A stretch of DNA of 64,000 bases from Laetmonice hystrix (Eukaryota), in contig OZ249441.1 in the NCBI GenBank assembly GCA_965235115.1, positions 31,310,001 through 31,374,000 on the forward strand, read 5' to 3'. Shown here in pieces: positions 53,550-64,000 of this stretch (within the stretch, counting starts at the first letter, position 1; each line of letters starts with the position of its first letter). Under the pieces are notes generated by a model. The model saw only the letters and a program-made list of their open reading frames with translations, searched no databases and was not told the origin of the DNA. The translations under genes were made by a program, and so were the position numbers.

Positions 53550-55200
53550 TGTTGGCAATGACCTTCCGGGCGTTCGAAGAGCAGGCTATTCACTTTCCAA
53601 ATTTCCTTAATACCCACTGTGGCCTCGCCTGGGCTTGGTTTCTGACTGGATCCATGAGGAGAGTACTAAAACGTGTGTATTGTGATGTTAGCAGCAGGTA
53701 TTTGTCATTCAGTCAGTGTTTGTGGGTGTCCCATGTTGAAGGACGCCAGGATGACATGAACACGTGACGATGACCCATGGGTCTTGATCATGCGGGATCC
53801 GTTGTCAAGGCAGCGACGAGGGCCGCATTCGAAACCAGAGAGGTTTAGGAGGGGGGCGGGTTAACTGACAACACAGCTTCCTATCGTACCTCCCGTACAT
53901 GGCTGACTGTCTCGCCGTCATTATCATACAACCTACAGTCCCGCCATAGGTTTGATATATTGGAGCTTTTCCATGGGATACATACCGTCATGGTGTTCCT
54001 GATTCATTCCGGCTTTAGGGAAATATCTTTACTGATTTTAAAACAAACTGCCTTTTAGGGTATGTTAGTCACACTAACTCACTGTGACTGTGTGTCGACT
54101 CAAATTCCCCGATTATCCATCAATGTCATACAGAAAAATCAAGTATTGATCAGTTCTTGCCAGAACAAAGAAATCGGCCTTGCATGTTTTATTTTCTATG
54201 GGACGCAGCCACGGTTTAATCATAATAGGACAAATCTGATCCGATCTCGGTTCCCGATGTCTTCATTACAACAACTAGGAAGGATGTCAATTGAGATATT
54301 GGCATTTACTTTTGTCGACAATACTTGGGGACACGTGGTCTGCACTATTAAGTTTGGCATCACACCTACCTATTCACTTCTCTGTTTGAGAACAACATGA
54401 TGAGGCGACGAGATCAATCCACCTCGTGAGAATCTAGTCACCATCTTAACCAAGTACCTTCGCATTCTGGTGAGAAGTGGGGAAAAGATGTATGGATGGA
54501 CGTAACCTAATATTCAAAAAAAATATTATTCATAACTCAGGTCAGTAAACTTTACACGGAACCTCGCGTTGCTTACAAAAAAGAATGATTCTTTCTGAAG
54601 TATTCGTTGAAAAAAAAATAAAAACGTAAAATAAGTTAAATCAACAAAGTCAATTTATTATTTTTACACGGCAGCTTTAATTCACTCTGGGAAACTTTCT
54701 TTCCCACTGTTATGGTTGCAAATCAAATGGTTGCAAGTCATCGCCTCCACAGGTCATGCCTAGAGGCAAGTTTACATTGCCATACCTCGGTCAGCATGTA
54801 AACAAACGCATGTCACCTCAGTTTGCAAACAGACTCTGGCGGAGAGGACAAGAATCCTTTCATGTGGACATTTATGCCAGCTAGAAAGCAGCCACCGTTG
54901 AGACCGATTCAGGCCATGCAGACCTTTGGGGGCACTCAACTGATAGGATCTACTGGAAACTGTCTGACCTCTCAGTCATGGCAAGTCCTGCTTCTGGAAG
55001 ACTCATATAGACCTGCCACACTCAAAGAAATAACCACATGTAACAGTTCAATGAGGGATAAAACAGGCAGTCTGGTCGCCCATGAGGCGAGTAACTGGGA
55101 AAAGGCACTGGCCCACCCAGACAAACTCATACTGACCTTACAACCTCTCTGCTTCCCAAAGTAGAACGACAATTCCTTGACTGGACACAACTACCTTCCC
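53550..55200 (-). mobile_element. Decayed Tx1/L1 ORF2 (APE to RT)
   Basis: APE-like block at 54972-55190; RPISL at 54166-54180 preceded by an ILPS...CN block; G..E...SLLF-like block near 53580-53620. Confidence 0.45.
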
Positions 55201-55715
55201 CATTACATTCAATCCCTCTTTAAGTGTCGGAGTCTCTAAGGCTGTCGGAGTGACAGTGTGGCTTGAGACTAGACCTCTCACCTTTCGATAAGGAAAATGT
55301 TATGTTCCTATTAACGCCAGATGCCTCCACTTCGAGTAGCCCCAGAGGCCAGCCTCCACCTGGGCCGATGATATGACTGTCATACATGACTCGATGGTCC
55401 TTGGAGTTTAAGGAATGTGACTTCGCAGTTAAAACCTAGTCTGGTCTCCTATGACGTGCAGATAGGTATATTATAAATTCTGTCAAGGTTCTCATGGTCA
55501 AGGCTCAGGAGGATAGTCGATACCTTCTTACATGCTGGTGCGAAAAAAGATGAGAGAGGATTCCGGGTTTCATTACACTGGGCCTTATATAAATGTAAAG
55601 GATTCTAGGGGCGTTTATTTTACCTTCTTTCTCGACCACATTTATGAAGTTTTGAGTCAAACAGCAAACTTATTCAAATCCAATGACCCAGCACGATGAG
55701 ATGAAGCAATATCTA

Positions 55716-56070
55716 CTGGCGGATCCAGGTTTTCACTAAGGGGGGGGCACAGGAAAATTCATAACTGTATGCATTACTAACTGGTAAAGCTGTGTTGTAT
55801 GTAGGACTTTGTAGTATAACTTACCACCATTTGCTTCATCATGTCCACTCATGATGTGATGTTTCTAATCTAAATATTACAAAATTACTTAAAAATGAGT
55901 ATTTCCCTGAATATTTCGAATGTCTACTTTTCGATTATGAACACAGAAAAAGCATCAAAGGAAGTCGTTTTTTCCACAATTGGCCCACGTTTCATGAGAA
56001 TCGACCATATGGTTATGAAATTAGGGAAGCTAAAAGAAGGCACGTGCCCCCTGTGCCCCCGGATGCCCCT
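55716..56070. mobile_element. Degenerate MITE, about 355 bp
   Basis: Left end TA|CTGGCGGATCCAGG...GGGGGGGGCAC; right end GCACGTGCCCCCTGTGCCCCCGGATGCCCCT; termini eroded. Confidence 0.45.
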
Positions 56071-58049
56071 ATGATATCCTCGGCCTCGAAAATTAGGCTG
56101 AAGCAACCAATCAGGCAATATAAGAATTAGCAATGGGCACAAAGTTCTTGTTAAATAGGAAATTATATGCAGCTATCAATGATGATGAAATGCATAAATT
56201 ACCAACGTATGGGTACTTCGTACAACGTATAAACCTAAAGAGAAGCAGAAAAAGTGCATTCAGGGAAATTGGTTATTGTGAACTAGGCAGTGTGCTACCC
56301 CAGCAGTCAGCAAATCACATAATTTGTACAACAGAGTCATACAGGCTTGATGTAGAATTCCCCTCGCCTGCCCCCTTTTCAGTCTAGTTGTTCAAGCAAG
56401 CCTATTACAGTGGCATCATCTGCCTCGTCCCCCAGTAGCGGGTCATCCGGACTACTTGTGTATTACGGAAACGACTTCTCTGCCGCCATGTCGAGCTTCA
56501 ATATCAGCACTCATCAAACGCCGACTAAAGAGAACCAAAATACAATAATGCTCTAACAGAAGGGGCTGATGATTTAACCCTGTGGTCTGTTAAATATAGA
56601 GTTACCAGATAAAGACTTTCATAGAAGCAGCAGGGCCTCGTCCAATGTCATGGTCTTTTATCAGCTATCCACCAGAGGTTCCTGCTCCAGTGGCTGGTCT
56701 GAATCGACACGATTAATCTTTTCCTGTCTTCTATTGCCATTCGATGCCTGGCACTCGGCGTGACCTTTCACCTCTCATTCTCAAGGTCTTATCTGTCCGA
56801 GAATGCCATCGATCTGACAGAAACCAGAATATCTTAAATAAGTAACGAATTAAAAGGACTACTTCCGATAAATAATTAAAATGTATAACTGCAAGACATC
56901 TTATCTCGCTTAAACACCCATTTTTACTACTGGGAGAAACACAAAAGTAGAAAGGGCATTCGGAGAAGTCTTTACGTTCTTACCAGATCTGCAACCGCAG
57001 TTCCAAGTCAAATAGGATGACTGTGACCCGACAGAATTCATACAGTTGGTTCAGTTACATGTCTCTATTCGACACTGGTGGTCCACTAGGCTCACCGCCC
57101 CTCCTCCAACTACCTGCCAGTAGGATCAGTATATCGAAACGCTCTCATATTATATCTCAGTGACGCCGTCACTGGACATGTCGACCACCTGGTGCCACTC
57201 TCGTCATGTTCCCCTACCACATTAAAAACGAATTAGCTGGTGAATCTTTCATCACTCCAAGAGCCTCTTCATCTGGTACATCCTCCTTCCAAAACCTGTC
57301 CTCCTCTCTGGTGGCAGTGCCCACCTGCTCCACCAGTTGCTATGTAGACGGATGTGGCCTCCGATCGCCAGCTGTTCACAAAGACTATTGACACTACAGG
57401 ACGAGCAGGGAAGTGGCGATCGAAATGGGCCCGGATGTGTCAAGCCGAGGGCCATATACTTCACGTGTTTTTTTTAGCAATGTTCCATGGATTTCTTCGT
57501 GATGATTTCAGCCAAGGATAAATACAAATTTCATGGCGGTTTAAGTTACAGACAGATCATGTGGGGCTTCATGTCTGAACCTGACTTACCACTGCGTACC
57601 AGTGAAGAGACTGACGTGACACCATGCAATAGGGAGAACCACATGTACCACGACCTGTTACTTCTATTATATGTCACAGCGTGCCCTCCCAATGGATCAA
57701 AGTGAAACACTTGCCGGTGTGACAGACACTTGTATCCGAATCCTGGGCTGGATAACCCACATCCAACCACATACATCCATCGATGTCATATATTTTCAGA
57801 CGCTATGGTTTCAAAGAACCCTTTTAGATTCAGCATGATTGCCTCAGATCATAAGGACGAAATCATTTGCCTTTTTATACCTCGAGACTGAGATATTTCC
57901 ATAAGATGACAGAAGAAAGCGAATGTGAATAGCTAATGTTGGAGAAATAAATGTTTTTAAACATATTTATTTCCGTGATAAATACTCTTGAATTCACAGA
58001 ATTCTGATCCTTGTTAGCGAGGTGATTTCACCCCTACGACTACCTATCA

Positions 58050-58300
58050 ATCAGTGAGCCGGACATGGTGTCATCTAACCCATACTTCTGACAAATTCAG
58101 GTCCCAATTACTGTCCCTTATTGACGGATATCCAGCCTGTAATTGGGTTCTTAGTTTGCAGACTGGCCATGCTGGACTTTCTTCTTGCTGGAGACCTTGC
58201 AGAGGTTTCATCTCTGTACGCTGACACGCAATCCATCGGACAAAAATAATGTTTTCATGCCATGGGACGTAGGGAGAATATGTCACCTTGCCAGGGTTTA
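58050..58300 (-). mobile_element. Possible Tx1/L1 C-terminal remnant
   Basis: HILPT (58268-58282) followed in another frame by FCPMDC...DET. Confidence 0.3.
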
Positions 58301-58915
58301 GATTCATTATCACAATTGATCAGGAGTGGGTCAGGTTAATTGCTACCCACACACAATTAGTGTACATCATAATTAGGCTCAGTATTCTGCTGTTTTACAA
58401 GGTATAATCAACACAGCTATTAAGTGTTGTGGAAACCAGTGAGTAGACAAGTCGTAATGAACCTCCTTCCCTAACAACTCCCTTTCTAAAATAGCAGCTT
58501 AATTGAGAATGATACCGTACACATCTCACTACTTCTTGGGATTCTTTCTACTACACACTCTCAAAGAGAAACTAAACATTGGCACTCTCTCGAATGAGTT
58601 TTAAAAAGTTAATTATTAACAAATATAATTTTTTAACTTATGTACTGATATGCTACATGGATTGTATTTTTTGACGACACATACTGTTATCTTATGCTTG
58701 AAAGTCCTTACAACAGATTTTATTGTGGTGACTGATGTTAATTGGTCATGGTTTTGATCATGGTTTACTGGTAGAATTGTAAGTATACTGACGCACTGAG
58801 GCTCAGCATACCGGTAGGCCTAGATGATGAGTCTTATCGAGTAAAGTTAAACTGACTGTGCAGTCGTTGATGGGTCCTGGCATAGACAGGAAAAGTGCGG
58901 CAGTCATAAAATAAA

Positions 58916-59014
58916 ACAAATATGGCACTTGGTATCGTGCAATCGCGTCGTGCAATATCAGTTGCCATCGTGCCATAAATTTTCATATTGCACTCAACCA
59001 AGTGCCATATTTGT
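58916..59014. mobile_element. 99-bp miniature inverted-repeat element
   Basis: Perfect 18-bp inverted repeat ACAAATATGGCACTTGGT (58916-58933 and 58997-59014); three internal TCGTGC(A/C)AT copies. Confidence 0.7.
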
Positions 59015-60502
59015 ATAATATACTAACATCCAATATTATGAAGCCATTATGTCTATGTAAAGTTTCCTAATATGTAATGACATAAGTTTATTTTCGCATG
59101 CCTGAAAACCGAATAACAGCTCCAAAGTGGCTGACCCACTCATCGAAAATGACACTATGATTGTTTCAGTTATCATTAGACTGTATTTTAATAGCCACAA
59201 TAAGCCGAACGTTCGTATCAAACAGCAACCACCGCAATCCTACTGGCCAATAGGATAATAAGACATCTCGTCATATTTCTGATAAGTCGACACCTCCTCC
59301 AAAGCCTCAGAGTTTCATACTGCATGCCTTGCCCATGTACATGTCGGCTTGCCTTAGTGTTTTTCTTATACATGTACATATAAAAGTGAGGTACATACAA
59401 TATGGTACATCGCTTGTACCAATGGCATTCAAGATATTCAATCCTCAGTGGGAACACTGAAACCATTATTTTCAACCCAACCTATGCGAGACGTATGATG
59501 TGGTCAGCAAACATCCAAAACATGTACGACCCATTTAGGATGCCATTAACCATTTACGAGGTATTTACCATGTAGGGTGCTATTTACGGGCACCTAGTGG
59601 CTCGCTGTGAAACCGTCTCCAAACCGCCTGTCGTTAATGCATGTACCAATCCATCCAACAATAATCTATACGCCCAGTATCCACTGCCCACACCATGGTA
59701 CAGAATTTGCTATAACGTATACCCATAAGGTTTACTATTTGACAGGAACTGCTTGGGGAGAAACGGGGTGAAGGTTAGGGCAGAATCCATAGCCGTCCTG
59801 GGATCTTTTCTCCACAACCACCAAAGCTTTCATACAGTTATTGATCTAAGCCTAACCTCAATTTCGGATAGTCGTGTAGATAGTCCTCTCAGAGATAAAA
59901 CAAACTTGGTGAGTGGTATTTTTCCCTGAAAGTGAAAGCCTGATTCATGAATGCCTAAAAGGATGACGGCGCCTGCCGCTGGACGACACCAAAGACGGCC
60001 CCATACCATCTTAATATTCAACACCATCGTCAAGTTTGCGCCGTCGTCTTTCAAGGAGACTGTTACACAGGTCCGAGCCAGCCTTCCTATGCCGGCTGCA
60101 TCATCTCGTCAACATGAAGAGAGGGATGCCCTGTCTTTGATTGGATTTTCTGCTTCATTACCATTATAACTCGGTTACATTCTGATCAAATTTGTTCCAC
60201 AAGCTTCAGCAGTTGGGAGGTGCCCAAGGTTTTGGTGAGGATCCTGATTACCACCATCGCTCTCATAGATTACACGCTTCAAGACATTGAAAAGTACAAC
60301 ATGGTTATCACTACACAACGCTATCACTGCAGAGAGTATTGCTTCACGTTTAAATATGTACATGTATGTATTCAAATATTGTCAGTATGCGATCCTACTC
60401 TATAAGACGCCAATGCTTCCTGCAAGAGAACCGAGTCATGTGTGTGAGTGACCACATGGCCCATGTTGAAGATGGAAGACTTGAAGCATGCATTTGACTC
60501 AC

Positions 60503-60587
60503 CTATAGGCTCACCGGCCTGAGCCTTGGTAGCTGGGAGACATTGGAAGAGGACTAGGATAAGGACAGCGTATGTAGGACCAGCCAT
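60503..60587 (-). CDS. Candidate first coding exon of a secreted or membrane protein (signal peptide MAGPTYAVLILVLFQCLPATKAQA)
   Basis: ACACA-ATG-G start context, hydrophobic core and small-residue cleavage region; two phase-1 donors, G|GTGAGC (60514) and AG|GTGAGT (60502). No downstream exon identified. Confidence 0.45.
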
Positions 60588-60599
60588 TGTGTGTTACAG

Positions 60600-61080
60600 T
60601 GAGGTGTCTCGTGTGATGCAGAGGGTACACTGTGCTATTGTGATGTGAAGATGTGCCCTGCCTTGGCAGCAGTTGTGGTTGGGATGCAGGCAGGTTGGGG
60701 ACTATAGGGAGAGGGAGGGTTGGTTGGTTGGCTGATGTGCGTTGGGAGGGGGGAGTTGTGCTGTGCGTTATATTGGTGGTGTCGGGAGGCAGGGCTACAG
60801 CCCCGGAGACAGGCAGGCTGTCTGGGTGGCCGCAGCAACTGGAGGCACCGCAGACAACAAGCAGTCACTCTCTGCCGCTCCTGCAGCGTGCAACAACCAC
60901 CGCTGACGACGACAGAGTGATCCAAGTACGCGCCCACCACACACACACACCACTGGACGGTAGACGTGGAGTAGGGGGGAGCGGCTGTCCCTCCGACAGC
61001 CTCACCAAGTCCGCCTCACTTCTCTGTCAGTCGGACACACGTCAACGTGTACGTATACAGCCACAACCACCTGGCTTTTG
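60600..61080. promoter_or_regulatory. GC/CpG-enriched block upstream of the candidate exon (possible promoter or 5' UTR)
   Basis: Visibly higher GC and CpG content than the flanks; immediately 5' of the ATG on the minus strand. Confidence 0.3.
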
Positions 61081-62174
61081 AAGGCAAATCAGAATTTCAA
61101 ATTCTAAGAGATAAAATGGATGGATGTTTGGATGGATTGGTATTAAAAAGGCCGTGCCAAAAGGGCCAGTTTTCTCACTCAGTCCAACGCGAAGACAGTC
61201 ACAGAAGGGTTTCTGGTGAAGAGGCGTGTGAATTGCCTCTTCATCAGTACCCTATGTATTCACAAAGAGTAGGCAGCCAGTAGAGCAGCAGTCAGGGAAG
61301 TCAAAGCACATGGTTCGAGCACATCGAACATAGAGGTCCTTCTCCTTCTAGCTTCAGCAGGAATCACTTGTGGAAGAAATGTAGAATGAACCACCGCTTG
61401 CGTTTCACCGATTCTGATATTGCTGCGGCTCCAGCTTCAAGATCGGCTCTTCTTAAATTGATGGCATTATCCCGTTCACATCCAGTTCCTTCTAAAGCAG
61501 AGGTGGAAAATCTAGAGCAAGACCGGCCGGTGCCGAGAGCCTGATAGAGGAAGGCATGTAGAAGTAGAAGGTTATGTAAAGACAAACACTGTCATAGAGT
61601 ACAGCCTGTCATTGGCAAGCAGACAGGCTACCTCCTCAGTTCCCTGTCAGAACACGCCAAGTCAGCCGCTGGCCTGCAACTGCAAGCCAATGAACGAGCA
61701 ACTGATCCCAACCGCTGCTTACTCCTGCAATGAACCGGCTGTCAGTCCCCCAACCTCCCCTCCCCGCCACACATACACATGGGCCTACACAGTAGCGTTT
61801 CCACTCCACCTAGCGTCACGTCTCAGAACAGCCAATCTGTCCCATCGTTGCCCGGTAATCCGATGTGCCCGTAGCCCACATGGACGCACGAAGAATCATT
61901 ACAAACAAGGTCATGTATGGTATTGTGTTATCATACCATTCAGACCGTCTGTGCTGTAATTTGGGCTGGACGATATACATTTAAATGGCTGTATGGGGGA
62001 CATTAACGGCTAGAAACGAATCGTATGATAGTGACTGCTGGCCCAGTGAGAGGCAGGTCTGTGTGCCATCACCATTTGAAGATGGAGTGCAGGACTAGCA
62101 GCCAGGACCGGAGCTCTGAGGCTGGATATGTAATCCAGGAGCCGTTATGGCCGGGGCTGAGCTGTGAGCTGAAA

Positions 62175-62629
62175 CTGTGGGGCAGGAGTCGAGGGTTAGA
62201 GCCACGGGCTGGAGCTGTGAGGCAGGAGTCGGGGGTTAGAGCCACGGGCTGGAGCTGTGGGACAGAAGTCGGGGGTTAGAGCCACGGGCTGGAGCTGTGG
62301 GACAGGAGTCGGGGGTTAGAGCCACGGGCTGGAGCTGTGGGACAGGAGTCGGGGGTTAGAGCCACGGGCTGGAGCTGTAGGGCAGGAGTCGGGGGTTAGA
62401 GCCACGGGCTGGAGCTGTGGGACAGGAGTCGGGGGTTAGAGCCACGGGCTGGAGCTGTGGGACAGGAGTCGGGGGTTAGAGCCACGGGCTGGAGCTGTGG
62501 GACAGGAGTCGGGGGTTAGAGCCACGGGCTGGAGCTGTGGGACAGGAGTCGGGGGTTAGAGCCACGGGCTGGAGCTGTGGGACAGGAGTCGGGGGTTAGA
62601 GCCACGGGCTGGAGCTGTGGGGCAGGAGC
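62175..62629. repeat. G-rich 40-bp minisatellite, 11 copies plus a partial (CTGTGGGACAGGAGTCGGGGGTTAGAGCCACGGGCTGGAG)
   Basis: Exact 40-nt period from 62175 to 62615; copies nearly identical. Confidence 0.98.
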
Positions 62630-62830
62630 CTGTAGCCGTGAGGCTATAGAAGGGGGTCGGAGATTGGAGCCGGGTCGGGGTGGCCGATGGGGGCGATGCC
62701 ATGGGAAAGGGATTTGACGATGAGAGAGAGGCCTGTGTATAAGGCCGCTGTACTCTTAGTGGCCGATGCGACAGCTCGCCTTTCAACCACATGATTGCTG
62801 TCAAGCTCCAGATCTACAGCTTAAGTTAAG

Positions 62831-62886
62831 CATCCTGACGAGGCCAAACGACTTTTGTTAGGTATACAGGCCGAAACCATGTCCAT
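62831..62886 (+). ncRNA. Type I hammerhead-ribozyme-like core, probably inactivated in stem I
   Basis: CUGACGA (62835-41), stem II GGCC/GGCC (62842-45/62869-72), GAAA (62873-76), minimal stem III C-CAU-G and GUC site (62881-83); C.C mismatch at the base of stem I. Confidence 0.55.
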
Positions 62887-64000
62887 TTATAATGCTCATG
62901 CTGTCGCAACACAATTAGATGTTCGTATAGTCACTGATAAAATACCTACTCTTTGCCAATGTCAGATTTTTATTGAATTGTGTTAGCTCAATATGTCAGC
63001 GCTGGATGCCGCACATCTTTTCTTTTAACAAACGAATGATCCTGGATAGTGTTCTGGGTTCTACAGCAAGGTTACACTGGCTCCCGTCGAGGGATATGTT
63101 TCCTATCCCAAGATCTTTAACACTCAGTCTGTCGGGTAATCACTAATGCTGAGCGCCTTTCATGTCTACAGGGGAAACACGAGATATACGCTACTTAACT
63201 GCACTATAGTCCCTCCGTGAATTGGACTCAGTAACTGTACACGGACACAACAATCTTTCCAGAACTTTCTGGCGTAATTTAACCATTTAATATCCTTTTT
63301 CCCTCACGAAATTGTAGATTGGATCTGGAATTAATTATTGATTTCAGAGTCTGCTTATCCTTAATGACCGGCATTTAGCTCCGAATGTTGCATTTAAAAA
63401 AACTGAAATGAACATGCAATAAAGAACCTAAACGGAGATCTAACTAGATACATTCAAATCGATTGGAAAATAACTACTAAAAACACAATGGAACCGGAAA
63501 ACAGTGCACTATGAAATTAATACGTCAAATCAAACACAATAAACTCCGATTCTGATACAATATTTGAAAACTCAATCATGAAGATTCAAAATAGCCTATT
63601 TGAATATTGTTTCACATTTCATTCCCGAAGTGCAGACAACATGAGACCATTAGACACTCTCAAGCTTTCAGTTTTCCGAATACCAAGAAGTAAGCTTCCA
63701 TAATCTTATCCATAATCTTATCAAAGACCTAAACATAATTTGACTGACTCTCCAGGACCAAAGAACCGAAATGCTTACATAAATATTCCACTTGCAAGCC
63801 AAATGTTATCATTCAAAAAACCTTGCTTCGACATAACTTACAAGGTTATACTACCATTTTATTCTGACACAACTCCCGACATTCTGTACTGAAGCTACAT
63901 CATGAATGCTAACTTCAATACGTACACACGGTACTCGGAACAACAACACTCTTGTCAACTTACTAGCAGGCCTTCATTTCCGTTTGACTACGACGTCATG

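Noticed and set aside
62175-62629. Interstitial telomere interpretation of the 40-bp array
   Set aside because: Only one partial GGGTTAG per unit; not (TTAGGG)n or (TTAGG)n.

Overview
Eukaryotic, gene-poor DNA, most likely from a marine invertebrate (inferred from the repeat types). No long intact ORF, operon, rRNA/tRNA gene or CRISPR array is present. Most of the window looks like heavily decayed non-LTR retrotransposon fragments (Tx1/L1-, CR1- and RTE-like), recognised by eye from degenerate motifs; nearly all lie on the minus strand. These are interspersed with minisatellites (20, 23, 32 and 40 bp units), MITE-like inverted-repeat elements, one SINE-like copy and CTCF-like motifs. A candidate signal-peptide first exon lies on the minus strand at 60.5 kb, just downstream of a GC-rich block. 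The most striking structure is at 2.2-3.5 kb: two arrays of one 32-bp unit flank a long hairpin whose mismatches include three tandem G.A pairs and whose tip is the GCGAAGC mini-hairpin, so it should be stable only as + strand single-stranded DNA. A hammerhead-ribozyme-like core (62835-62883) follows a G-rich 40-bp array. Transposon family calls are motif-level inferences, not database matches.
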